DNA from: Podarcis cretensis
Lineage: Eukaryota
Length of the DNA stretch: 64,000 nt
NCBI GenBank assembly: GCA_951804945.1
Contig: OX638151.1
Location: 89,590,001 to 89,654,000 of the forward strand
Reading direction: 5' to 3'
Shown: in pieces, positions 48,413-61,351 of the stretch
Layout: the number at the start of each line of letters is the position of its first letter
Position numbering within the stretch: the first letter of the stretch is position 1
The notes under the pieces: generated by a model
Seen by the model: only the letters and a program-made list of their open reading frames with translations
What the model was told of the DNA's origin: nothing
Databases searched by the model: none
Position numbers and translations under genes: made by a program

Positions 48413-50388
48413 TATTCTATACCTAGTGGAGAGAGAGAGAGAAAGAGAGATTCCTCCCACTTTTCGTCCAGTGTGATACGGCAGGTTCCATCACATCAGA
48501 ATTTTGTTTTCCAACTTAAACCTATATCATGTGTAAATTGGACTTGAAAACCAGGCTTTAGCACAAAAGGAAACATGAGCCCTTTTCACTTAAATCCGAC
48601 ACATGGAGGGGGCCTGCACCTGCAGTCTCTGGCATCATCTGCCCCATGAGGACCAACGCCCATCCCCTGTCCATGACCATGCTTTCCTTTTCATGCCAAA
48701 TCATGCCAAATGCATGGTTATCTGGGTGGGGGGCAAGGTCCCCATGATGCCTGACATCAGGACCAGGAAAGCAATCCTACTCCCTCTTTAAAAAGTGCAC
48801 TAAATGCCTGTGAACACCCTGATTGACCAGATTTGCACATCAGTGGGAAACCTCCGCATCACTTGTGGCCATGTTAGCATTTTGACTCCATGGTGTTAAT
48901 TCTTTCCAGAATTCAGGTGTTTTACTATGGACTCGGGAAATGAGCAAAGCATTCTAGTCCAGTTACTAAAAGTAGTCACTTGCTTTCCATGCCACCCACC
49001 TAAACTCAGCTTCCCAGTATTTACAAGTTCCTGCAGACTTTGTTCCTGCAGACTTTGTTGCCACTTGTGGAAACAGACTATCTAGAGGGCCTTCTACATG
49101 CAAGACTTAAATCTCTACTGGCTTGGTGCAGAAAGGCAATGACAGCCTGACCTCTCTTTCCACATATAAAAAGAAAAGCGGTAACAAATACAGAAAACAA
49201 CAACAGTGTTAGACTTTTAGAGAAATATCCTGTCAAGTTTTACTTCGAGGCATAATAAGTCACTGGGTCAGAAAAGCATTAGAAAAGGTCTAAGTTCCTG
49301 GTATATTTCAAGGAAGGAACATGTTATGTCATCATAGTGCTATCATGCTGCAAAAGAATCCCTTCTGGTTTTGTTTTTTAATATAAAAAGTGAACTAAAC
49401 TAACATTAATCTGTACTAGGTTGCAAAGAGTACTGTTAGGCATTCACTAGTAGAAATAATTAAAATGACTGATACAAGCTCTACAGAGAAGTGTTTAATA
49501 TTAAACGTTAAGTGAGATTGATAGACAGAATTTGGATGGCCTTGGGAATGAAAAGGTCCTTGATGGAACACCTGACATCCATCTCCAGGCAGCTTCTTTC
49601 TTGTCTCCTTTCAGAATACCTGGCACAGATATGTCTATGGGCCTAATGAATATTGCAAGTAACCCAGAACATATGGCTTTTTAACTGTGGAGGTCCCAAA
49701 TTGCTTATGGCCAGAGAGCCAGATCTTCATAGTTTCCAACTGCCTCAAAAGTCTGGGACCATCATGAAAACCCTTATGCCATCATAACTTCTCACTTTGT
49801 CATGCAGAGTCCTGAATTCCCAAATGCAAACCTTTCGTCCCACTTAGCACCATCTAAAAAAACCCTACAGTCTTTCTCCACCTTTTGATTCATTACTTCC
49901 TCCATCTCCAGGCCAGAGAAAGAGGGAAGCAGCAACCTACTTGTGCTTCTTATCTGCACACCCTTACGAGCTGCTCAGCAGCATCACACACAACAGGTCA
50001 AATGGGGAAACCATGTCTGAACTATAGGCCAGAGATTCTCCACCCCTGGTTTACGGCTTCATAGGTCAAAACAGCATCTTAAATTGTTCCCAAAAAGGTG
50101 TAGACAAACAGTGGCTCAGTTCACATAATACTAAGCGTCATCCAAATTCAGCTTTTGGTTTCTCTTCTTCAAACCATGAACTGTAAGCTAAGAACAAGCC
50201 TTGTTTACAGGCTGTGGCTTTTCTGTCATGATACAAAACATGAAGCTATATTTAGGATGAAGAGTGCATATAACTGTACGTATTAGTGAAAATCACGTAC
50301 AAAAACCATTATATTGGGGAAATTGCTTGCAAAATTTGTGCATTTGTCAAAACTGCATTCAAAAGTGTGTCTATTATAAGAAATTCAT

Positions 50389-51531
50389 TTTTTAAAAAAC
50401 ATAATTTTTATTAACATTTCAATGTTTATTTCAATTCACATTAGTTCCACATTATACTGCCAAATTTTTCAATTTTGTTGAGGGGTACCCATACATCAAG
50501 CTCCGAGCGAGGATCCAAACATCACTTCTATTACTGCTTTAATTAAACAGTTCTATCCAGTTCTATCCAGATAGTCTCTTTATTACTTTCTTCATCTTCT
50601 TATTGTTGTCATATATTCCTTTCTTTGCGATCTCTGATAATCTTCACAAGCAGGTTAGAGCAAACATCGTCTGTGTGGGTTTTACACACTCCACAAGTCA
50701 TATCTCGGGACAGCTGCCGTTCCCCTCCTCCTTCAAAGATTTATCATCGGTCTGCCCTTTAGTTTCCCCAGGCTTGTAAAATATCTCATAGAGGGCTCTG
50801 CCAGGTTAAATTCAAGTTCAGTCATCATTCACATTCCAATGAGTCCTGGTTCTCCTCCCCCCCCCCCGTCTTTCTTAAACAAGCCTGTCTTGCGAGACAC
50901 CATTTTAAACTGCGTCATAGAATTTTCCATTCTCCGATATTTACCAATCCTCTCTTCATTCATCATTAATTCATCCCACACAGTTTTTGAATTCCTGCTT
51001 ATGATAAATAAAATATGGCGGTTCTTCTTTCTTCTTTCTTTGGGGTGGAGGGTTATTATTAATGCTCACATAGGATAAAGAAACAAAAAGTTTTTCCTCC
51101 ACCCCTTCTCCAAACATACCACTCTCTTAATGGCACTCCATCACTTGATTTATTTGTCCTCTCCCACCGCTCTGATCCCAGAGATCCATTAATCAGCAGC
51201 CTTATCTCTCGAACTTTGCCTGATGTATGTGCTTCAGCTCCTTTCCAATTATATATTTCCAATTATATTTTTGAGCTGAAGCGAACCAGCCCACGCTGAT
51301 TGGAAGCAGCGTCAGGAAGAGCCGACCTCACCTAGGGCTCGTGCCAAGTGACCGGCACCCCCGTCTTTCGAATCCGGGGGTGCATTATGGACACTGTTGG
51401 CAAGGCAGCCCCCCCTCTCCTTGGGGGGGGGGGAGGCTGCATACTTCCCATAGCAGCCTCTTAATTACCTCGTGTGGGTCGGAGAGATGTTATTGTCGGC
51501 CATCTTCCAATGCACCATCTGGTGGGCCCCC
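50389..51531 (-). mobile_element. Non-coding 1.14-kb retroposon with an L1-like 5' end (non-autonomous, probably L1-mobilised)
   Basis: Perfect 18-bp TSD ctattataagaaattcat at 50371-50388 and 51532-51549. Minus strand starts GGGGGCCC...AAGATGGCCGAC. The first ~250 nt are CpG- and hairpin-rich. It ends AATAAAAATT...AAAAA. No ORF longer than 80 aa. Confidence 0.8.
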
Positions 51532-54500
51532 CTATTATAAGAAATTCATAGTAAAATGCTGAATAATTTTCATACAGGCTTCCTCCCCAAAAAAATAAAT
51601 AAATAAATCAGAAACTTCTGTAGAAATGTGGAGAACTGAATTTAGGATTGGAAAAATTAGAATTTGAGAGAACCGAAACTTGACAGTTTCATCCTCTGTA
51701 GGTACTATTGAGATTTCAGGTATTCAGTTACTCAGTTTATAAATCTTGAAGACTTACAAATAACTTGATTTGAGGAAGTGACATTCAGAATAGGAGCATC
51801 ACTCTCAGCCTTTCAGAATGGTGTTGGCAGACTCAAAAGATTAACTTGGAGTTTTAGGTACTACTTGTGCATTTTGCAATTGTGCCTTCTCAGAGATAGA
51901 AGAATGTCACTGGTTTCTGTTATGTATTCCACATTCAATCTCAATAAAATATGATCTGGGTGTTTCATTATTTCCTTGTACAATAGCAGGACTCTGCTAT
52001 GTTTTTTTTCTCCATCAAGTTTGATATAAGCTCTCTCTCCTGACTCTGAATGTGGTTGTTCTTTCACGAATTGTGCTGGTTATAGAAATGTCTATAGCTT
52101 AGTCATCTATAGTAGTAATTTATCCAGGTCAGGCCAATTTGGAATGAGATTTTTCAATTGGACTGAGTGTTCCAGGATCTATCAGTGATGCTAACCTGTA
52201 GCTTAAAAAAGCAATATATGGACTATTTTGTCTTGAGTTTTCTCTATTCTTTTTCTTTCTTTTTGATGCCTATAGTAGCCCCTACTCTGCATTCCCAATT
52301 GTTAGAGGGTGGTGAGGGCTACTGGTATTATGGCAAAAGTTGTAATGTATCTAAAACAGACAGAAGTTTGCTGCTGTAAATTGGACACATGTCAAGGAAA
52401 CATTGTATGAGGCTGAAAGAAACATCAATGCTTGTTTAGAAGAAGATGCTGGGGGAAAATGTGTCACTGTGACTGTGTGAGGACAATTACAAATAGAAAG
52501 GATGCTGGTTGCATTTTCATCTGGATAAATTACATGAAAGGTGAAAATGTCCTTTCGCCCACCCATGTCACATCATCTGGGTATGTCACATGATAGCAAA
52601 AAAACCAAAACCATCCTTTTTAAAAAAATACTTTCTGCACTATGCTTTTCTATTGGGGAGGGGACTGCACAGCCTTATTTAATCCCGTTTCAATCTCCTT
52701 TGTGCTCAGTTGTAAGTCCACTCTGTCCTGTTTTGTGTGTATTTTTTGAAAGTGCACACAAATGTATGGGAGTTATATTCTGATCCACAAGCAAGTGTGG
52801 GAGCCTTGGATGTGGGAGGTCTGCAAAAAGCAAACTGAATTAATTCCTCCTCCATCCCCATCCTCTTGATGGAGAATCCTAATGCTTAATGCATTTGAGG
52901 GGAACCTTTGCATCCTCAGATGTGGTTGAACAACAGTTCCCATTAGCCCCAGCAGGAATGGCCTGAATGATGGCAGCCGTAGTTCAAAATGCCCAAAGTA
53001 CTTCACACCTGCTTGTATGTTATGAAGCTTTCCCCATTTTGTTGTGTATGCTTTCTGAAACAGTAGGCCTTTTTTTGCTCCAAAATGCTTTTAAAATTGT
53101 TGTGTTTGCTTTTTTCTGGACTCTCTTCTGTTGTGCTTTTTGCGTTACCTTTTCAAAGTCACCCCCAAATTATTTTTGCTTCTTGTTCTGTGTTTGAACA
53201 ACTTGCTTGCCTTGCTATGATGATGGATTGCACCCCCAACCACCCCTGACCACTGGCCATGCTAGTCAGGGTGGTGGGAGCTGGAGTTCAAGAATGCCTG
53301 GACGGCACCACATTGGCCTAGGAGATTAGTGTTTAGGAGCAATCTCTTAGGTGTTCCTCTTTTTTTATTAGTAAATACACAGGATATGGTCTATTCATAC
53401 AAGGCCCTAAAAACAACTCAACAATTTTTGATGAAAGCAAAACCACATTACTTTGGACAATTAAGCATGCATCAAATCTGCCAGGGAGCTGTTGTTGTTC
53501 CTGTTGCTGCTCTGTTTTGTTGCTGATTGGACTCTCCCCTCTGCAATGCTGATTGAATTTGAGTTGGGGGGGGGGAGTTATTATTTATTGACAGTAGTCT
53601 TCGGGCAGTGGCACTCTCTTGACTGCCTTGAGAGTTGAGCTTCTGAGAGGGAAGAGTGTGGCTGGGAGATTCGCTCCATTGGGGCATTTGCCTGTGCCAG
53701 TCTGGTGGTCCTGCAAATGCATTTGCACTGTACTGACCTCCCTTCCTCCTCTCTCTCACACACCCTGCATCTTATTCTTGGTAAACAGCAGTGATTCAGC
53801 TCCCAAGAAGTCAAGTGAGGACACCACCCCACCATAATATCCTCTACTGTTTATTGATTCTAATATGTTTCAACAAACAGTGTTATTTTAAATGTGTGTG
53901 TTATCTACCAGGAGAGGACATTGGGGCTCAATGGAAGAGAAATATAATAGCACAAACAGAAAATTGCTATTGTAACCACACACCCTGGTGTAATGAAAAC
54001 TGATGATGTCATCTGGCCACACTGAAGGGTACTGTGGAGATGAAGACCTTCAAAAAGCCAGCCACGTGGCGATAAAGTCCTGGGGGAGGAATGAGCAGAG
54101 AAAGCACTCAGCTATAGATGCAAGATACATATGCCATGCTGACTAAATCGCCCAATGTGCCTTTTCAAATTAAGATATTGTGTCACAGACCAAAGAGCTG
54201 TTCTTTCCCTCTAAGGAGCATTATAAATGGTATCCCAGTGGAGTTCAGTCAGTTCAGACATTTTCTTTCATTTTCTTTCTGCTTACTACATTGAGAAGTC
54301 CAATTGACTGTAATGCATGTCATGGTAGAAGACACTACCATAAAAAAAAAAAAAAAGAATTTTCAAGAGTTAAGAAAAGCTGACCTCATGGGAAAATAGA
54401 ATACTTACCTACATTTTTTTAAAAAAAACAGAGAGAGATAGAGATGGAGAGAGTTAGAGAAGTTAAAAGATTCCTTTTCCATTTCCCCATCAAAAATAAT

Positions 54501-55732
54501 TGGTAGATCTGCTTTGCTGTGCTTGTGATGCCCATTAGCATTATACGGCTTGCTGTATCTGATGGCTCACTTGCGTTATACAATATAGGTATAAAATTAT
54601 TGCAAGATATTTTCTTTCATTATAGAAGATTATTATTATATACTCTCGTTAGTCTCCAATGATTAAGTTATACAAGATAGGTCTAAAATAAAAATAAAAA
54701 AGTTGTGTTGTTCCAGGGAACGGAATAGCAAAGCACACAGAGGACGGTACTGGAAGCAGCTTCCAGTTTGCGAAAGGTGTTTGGTGTCCCTTTTTATATT
54801 GCAATTACTTATGTGTTATAAAGGTGCTGCTGCTCTACTTATACAGCAGACTTCCACTTGTGCTACTCTCTGCCTGCAGCCCCTCACACACCTCAAAAAT
54901 CTGCTACAGAGGGTTGGGAGTCTCCCCTCCCCCCGAGCACTTGGGTGAGGGGCACACAGGGAGAAGAGAGGAAGGGGAAGCCCTACTGTGTGAGCTGAAC
55001 GCTGCTCATGTAACATTGGATGCAGTCCAGTCCGGATACCTATAATACACAAATATAGAATTCTTTGGGGAGGGATTACATGCTAGCTGGCTTCCCGCTG
55101 TCTGTTTGATCTGTGATTGTTACTGAATTCCATGACGTGGGTTGATTCCCATCCCCACCCCCTTAAATTCTGATTCTAATGTATGATTCCAATGTTATGT
55201 GTGCTGCACTGGGACTTTGGGGGGAAGGCAAAGAAACTTAAATAAATAATAAAAGTGAATCGGAGGGCAGTCACTAGGAGTGGACTTTTCCAGCCTGAAG
55301 TCCACCTTCCGTCTCCACCTGCTGTGATGTATGGCCCAGTTTCTTATTTTTGAAAATAATATATTTGTTCATCATCTCTCTTTCTCTCTTGCCTAACACC
55401 TTCCTACTTGCACAAGACAGAGAAAGCACATTTAGGACCTTCTTTCTGGTCTTTCTAACACCAGGTGAAGATTGGCGTTTATTATTCATCAAGGCTTTTA
55501 AATGGTATTTTAATCTGAATGGAAAGGAGGACTTTTTTTGGCTATCTTTTATTGTTGGTGATTTTAGTCAACTTGAGTCTTTCTAAGCAATGTTTTATTT
55601 GAAAGTCACTCAATGAATATTTACTGATTGGCGGCTATTTACATTCAGTAATCAATAACATGAAATGTGCTGAAATGTACAACTTTAAGCCTTTCATCCA
55701 CATACTCCAGGGTATTATGCAGTTAAGTTATC

Positions 55733-55885
55733 CAGTGCTTTTTTTCCTGGGGGGACGCAGGGGTACGCATACCCCTAAACATTTAGTGAATCTAAGTTTG
55801 GCCTCATTCTCATTGAGGGGCAGTATTTCAATATGAGTAGGAAAATGAGAGTACCCCTAAACATATTTTTAGGAAAAAAGCACTG
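55733..55885. mobile_element. hAT MITE (153 bp)
   Basis: TIR cagtgctttttt / aaaaaagcactg. TSD aagttatc. Reverse-orientation sibling of 33412-33565. Confidence 0.92.
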
Positions 55886-56989
55886 AAGTTATCTCTTCTG
55901 CAAGTAAAAAGATAGGGAGACTTCTACTGGCTATCAATTTCACTTGCAGAAGGAAACATGAATTTCATCATTTAGACTAGAAACATAATATGCCAATTTA
56001 TAATACCCACATTATGTTACAATATTATAAAGCCCATATTTTATGGGTAACATTTCTAATATATTTCACGTTGGTTATGCTGAGGGAATTTATTTTTCTT
56101 TTGTCTTTAGCCAGGTCAAGGCGGTTTTATGTTGATATGTTCCATTTTGCCCTAGGAAATGTAGATATCCACCATACTTTCTCTCATTTGGGCCCTTCTA
56201 CAAGTTTAATTTAACTCTTGCTCTTGTTGTCCCACCCAGGATAATGAATTTGGTTATGGTAACTGCAGGCACTGTCTTTGATTTATCTCCATCGGTCCCT
56301 TTCCTGTATTTTCTGGATGTAGAAGAGGTTAAGTTGGATAAATGCAGGCAGACCAACACAGATTTATGAAAAGGGAACATTATGTAGAAATCTTTTACTA
56401 TTAAGAAGAGATAGTTTAATGAGACAGATAAATGGAGGAGAGGAGATTAGTATGTGTCAAGGAAGATATAAATTTAGCACTAATTAAGGTTTGATGGGGT
56501 CCTGAGAGGAGCTACTTTTGCTGTTCACAGGAAACATAAGGTCAATGATGTCTTTGGTGGAGTTAAGAAGAAAAAAACAGAGGGGTAAGTGCAAGACTGA
56601 AGGCAGTATAAGCGCCTTTGCTTGATGGCACAGTAAAATGCATTCTGTTCTGAGTTGCATGGGCATGCAGGCAACTGTTAGAATAGGCAAAACTGCATCA
56701 TTATTTCTTATGAACAAAAATAACAAATGCAATAGAAATTATTTGGTGAGTGGACAAAAAATATGAAAATAATTTCCCCAATGATCATCGTTTAACTGGA
56801 CATACAGCTGTTTTTAATTTCTAATTTTCTCACCAGCTGTACAGTAAGCGCCATAGGGGAAGAATGCACAGCCAGGGGGGGAAAAGATCCCCCACCTTGT
56901 TCATCTCCAACTGCCATAGGACCATAGTACTATACTAGTTGATACACACTACTTTACAAGTTGCAACCACTCAGGATGGCTCCTCTGTG

Positions 56990-57348
56990 TGCTGTCAGGA
57001 CTCAAGATGTGGAATAATGGTGCATTTGTAAAGCAGCCCACCTAGGAGATCCTAAACCTCCACTGTGGGATATACTCGGGAGAAGAAAAGGCTAAGGAGT
57101 AAACCCGACACAAATCTGGAGTCCCTAAGGCACTTAGATGGTGACAAAAGTATTGCTCTGCTTTCCTTTGGACCACAGCAGCAAGGCCAAGAGGGAGGCC
57201 TTGTCGCCTGGGCAGCCCAGGACCTCCAGACACACTGCCCAGGCTTGCATCCCGGGGAGGTCACATCAGTGCTGCTAACACAGTGGTTTAAATTCACCCC
57301 CGCAAGCGCACTCCATTGTCTCTTGAGACAGACCGATTTCAACAGCAA
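56990..57348 (+). mobile_element. Possible RTE-derived non-autonomous (bipartite) retroposon
   Basis: ggagtaaaccc...aaatctggagtccctaaggc resembles an RTE 5'UTR. It ends ctccattgtctcttgagacagaccgat followed by a caacagcaa tail. No coding sequence between. Recognised from memory only. Confidence 0.4.
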
Positions 57349-58937
57349 TGTATATGGTTTGAATTCTATTCATGCTTAATTTTTTTTAAATCACTATTTT
57401 CTCTATTTTTTGCAGTTCTTAAGAAACAGAACAGAAAATGTACATTAATTGATGTGGTCTATGAAAAAAAGGCATTTTGGAAGCACACAAAAAACACGGC
57501 ACGATGGCCAAAATTCATCCCTTAAAAACAACAACTAAACACAATACTTTTTGCATATTTTATTTCCTTGTCTCAGTTTCCCCAACCTCTCATTGGTATT
57601 TCTACCAAGTGGCTTAATGCCAAAGAAGTCAGCTATCTGGCAAGTCTTTTAAAAAATCAGTCCAGCAAATGTATGCTAGGACATTTACACCATCTGCTGT
57701 ATAGGCCAAACTAAAGGAAAGTCCACGACTGGACGGTTGTGGACATCTGTACTGGAATGACATTCAGGGGGATGTAGTCTGTCCAGGGAGGGGGGAAGGG
57801 AGCAATAAGACCAGCAAAGACAACAGCAATAGCAAATAAAACCAAAGAGTGGAAGCTAGGAGAAGAGGCAGAGCACTTATAAGTGGCAATTATTTGATTT
57901 CCTGCAGTTTAGCAACACAATGAGATAGCGTTTGCATGCCTAGCTCTGCAAATTGGCCTCATGTAGAAGTGAGAACTTTTTTTGCGCTAAACCTTGTGGA
58001 ATTTATGGAATTTTTATCATATTTTTTAATGCAAATGTGGGTGAAAAGTCCTACGGTGCTGTTGTGAATAACAAGTAAAACATTGCGTAAGGTGATAATA
58101 GCAGTGGATGGAAATTTAAGGCATAAAGGAAATGCAGGAGAAGAAACTTGGTGTCACTAGCACTGAAAATATAACTGATGGACATAATAGGAAATTTAGA
58201 AAATATGAGTTACAAAGAAAGAGACATGATGTGTCACCTAATAGGAGAAAAATGTTTTGCTAAGAGTTTTATTTGATAGATGGATGTAGGCATTTTTTAA
58301 AAAAGAAAAGCATGTAATAAGCTTCTTTTAAAGCCATCCAAGTTGGTGGACATCACATTTTGGAAGGAACTGGAACTTCTTAATGCACAGCTAAACTATG
58401 GACTCTGCTCCTACAAAAACACTGATGGTGACACTTTGCTGTTTGTTGACAAAGAACACGGAGAGAATTTCTGGTTTTCCAACATGCCAAGCAGAGTTGG
58501 GATTTTCTCACTAGTACATTGCTGAAAGAGTTGTCCATGGTTAAATTTTCTCCAAGCCCCTGTAAATACCGTATGTTGCTGGTTTTATCAAAAACTGTCT
58601 GACCTAGGTTTTGAGCTTCTGGAAGGCATCTTCCGGTATAGATGTCTGCATTATAAATGGAACTGCAACACAGGCAGAACTGTATGCCATGCTTTGTGCT
58701 TTGGGGTAGCGTATACTGTCTTGGTGATATCTTCCTCTGAATTTCACTAATCGCTCATCAGTTGCAAAACCCTTGTATGGCACAAAGCCTCATTGGCACT
58801 TAGCTCTTAATTTCATTAATTGCCAATTGAATTTCACTAATTGCTCATCAGTTATGACATTTTCATATGCCTCTTGATAGTGGGGCAGAACATAGCCACC
58901 ATGAGTGTTAGTCATTGATAAGCCTTATCCTCAATAT

Positions 58938-59385
58938 TCTCCTCCAATGTACGTCGCTTTACACTTATTTGTACTGAATTACATTTGCCATTTTACTGAC
59001 CAGCCACTCGGTTTGGAGAGACTCTTCTGCGGCACTTCACAATCCCTTTTTGATTTAACCACCCTGAACAATTCAGTATTCATTCATTCAGCCTTCATTG
59101 GCATAAAACCTTGGTAATCCAGACATATTAAAGATATAAGGTGTATAAAAGACTCAGTAGCCACCATTAAGTAAAATTAAGTAGTTTTAAATCTGACTTT
59201 AAAAATCTCAGCTAAATATCCTGAAACAATCTCAGTAGTTTCCAGTATATCATCCCTCAACAGATATTGGATTACAAATTCTTTGCAAGTAGATAGTTTA
59301 AGCTTCAAAGGAGTCACCAGTAGGTCTCTCCAAATAATTCAGCATCATCAGAAAACGTGGCTACCTCACTGCTCACACCAACTCT
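58938..59385 (-). mobile_element. Old CR1 RT fragment interrupted by another LINE 3' end (~59078-59331)
   Basis: Minus strand VSSEVATFSDDAELF | LFRVVKSKRDCE...WQM*FSTNKCK, the CR1 FADDTKL region. The insert has a (TGAA)n tail and flanking a(c/t)aattcag repeats. Confidence 0.6.
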
Positions 59386-59739
59386 AGATGTTTTGTGAAC
59401 AAGTTAAAAAGCACAAGTTGCAATACCAAGTGGAGAAGCTCCATGTTCTACATCCCTCCATTGGGAGAACCATCTATTTATTCCTTCTCTCTGCTTCCTG
59501 TTATGTAACCAGGTCCAAATACACAAGAAATCATGTGATGACTTCTTTCATAAGGGTTGCTTTGCTGCTCAGTTCTGCTCAAAGTTTTGCTCAGACAAAG
59601 ATAGGCCTAAACATCAGGAGAAGCTTTTAGTGGGGAGGGGTATGGGAGCTGTAGCAGAAAGGATGGACTGGTAAAAATTGGATGCCCTGACTTGTACAAG
59701 TGGAAATGTTTCCTATTAGCATAAACCACCATTGGATAC

Positions 59740-59887
59740 ATTGCATGCATTATGCCCCTGTTTCAATCTCCGCTTGGGCTAAGAATCTCCTCTGTCTGAG
59801 AGCCTGGAGAGCCACTGCCCATCTGTATAGACAATACTGAGATAGATGGACCAATGAGCTGCCTTGGAATAAGGCAGCTTCCTATAC
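59740..59887 (+). mobile_element. Squam3-like SINE
   Basis: cctggagagccactgcc...gacaatactgagatagatggaccaatg...aaggcagcttcctata. The remainder ttcct lies after 60281. Confidence 0.75.
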
Positions 59888-60023
59888 CAGGCTTCCTCAA
59901 CCTCGGCCCTCCGGAGGTTTTTGGCCTACAACTCCCATGATCCCTAGCTAACAGGACCAGTGGTCAGGGATGATGGGAATTGTAGTCTCAAAACATCTGG
60001 AGGGCCGAGGTTGAGGAAGCCTG
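59888..60023. mobile_element. hAT MITE (136 bp)
   Basis: Perfect 25-bp TIR caggcttcctcaacctcggccctcc. 8-bp TSD tcctatac. Confidence 0.95.
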
Positions 60024-60030
60024 TCCTATA

Positions 60031-60279
60031 CAGTGTTACATTGGTTCCTGAATGGCTTGGCTCTCAAACAAATTGGCTCCCGAACATCTCAAACCCAGAA
60101 GTAAGTGTTCTGGATTGCAAATGTTTTGGGGGTTTTTTGGAAACCAAATGCCCATTTCAGCTGTCAGCATTGTTTCCAGGGCCAATCAGACAATCAGAAG
60201 CCATGCCTCGGTTTGCAAACATTTTGGAAGTCGAATAGACTTCCAGAACGGACTGAGTTCGGAAACCAAGGTACCATTG
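60031..60279. mobile_element. TcMar (Tigger-like) MITE (249 bp)
   Basis: TA|cagtgttacattggttcc...ggaaaccaaggtaccattg|TA. Confidence 0.85.
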
Positions 60280-61141
60280 TATTCCTGTTTGCATGAACAG
60301 TGTGGATTCTAGTTGTGTGGGAGTGGTTGACAACCACATTGCTTTGCTAGAGCAAGTATTGGTCCCTGGTGTCAGGAAATAGATCTTATAGAATGTAATC
60401 TCTTTATCGATTGACAATTCCCCCCCCCCCCTATTAAGTCAGTAATTCGTATAAACAGCAGGAATGAACTGGAGCAGAACGTGAGCCCTTCTCCTTTTCC
60501 CATCTCCTCATAAATTGATGCACATGTTTGTAACACAGAGTTAAGCAAATCTTTGGAGATCCAGTGTCTGACACACTTTGAGAACTGTTGCGCGCTCTTA
60601 GAATAAATTTTATTTAGCATTCTTTGGTACAAATGATAGGTAGTGTAGCATCCTCTCTTCCTTTCCATGTGACCACCACTATGGAAATAACTCAGGAAAG
60701 GTAGGCAAATTGAGTAAGATGTTTTCGCTAAAGGTCAACACAAACACCTGCCTGCTTGTCGTGTGTTGATCTGCCTACATTGTTAATACACAGAGCACAG
60801 TGCAGAGAAAAGCACTGGAGCTTGCAAGACATAGCAGTAAGCAGAGTTTCAGCAGGCTGGAGCCACCTGCTTCATTTGCTACAACACCTCAACAAGTTGT
60901 TTAGGCTAGAGCTAGTAATTTTATGCTTTACTGCAATTAAGAAGGACTAGGCAGTGAGTGACCTAGGAGCCCCACCCAGGCATTCAGCTCAGTTCTCACT
61001 CCAGCCCCCAGACCTGTGTATAATTAAAAGCCCTGTTAGAAATAATCTTATTTGAAAAAATCAACAAATCATCCAAATTAAAAACACAAGGTTGGAGGGA
61101 AAGGCTAAGGTAATGAATTGCTAGGAAGTAAGGAAACCATT

Positions 61142-61351
61142 CCCTGGAAAACTATTTCCATTCTCTGGAAAAGACCCTGATGTTGGGAAAGATGGAGGCC
61201 AAAGGAGAAGGGGACGACAGAGGATGAGATGGTTGGACAGTGTTCTTGAAGCTACCAGCATGAGTTTGACCAGACTGTGGGAGGCAGTGGAAGACAGGAG
61301 TGCCTGGGTGCTCTGGTCCATGGGGTCACGAAGAGTCACGACTAAACAACA
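61142..61351 (+). mobile_element. BovB LINE 3' fragment
   Basis: LEKTLMLGKM..RRRGRQRMRWLDSVLEATSMSL..LWEAVEDR. (CAA) tail. TSD aaggaaaccatt at 61130-61141 and 61352-61363. Confidence 0.92.

Noticed and set aside
51861-52067. Protein-like 68-aa minus-strand ORF
   Set aside because: No recognisable homology or clear splice sites.
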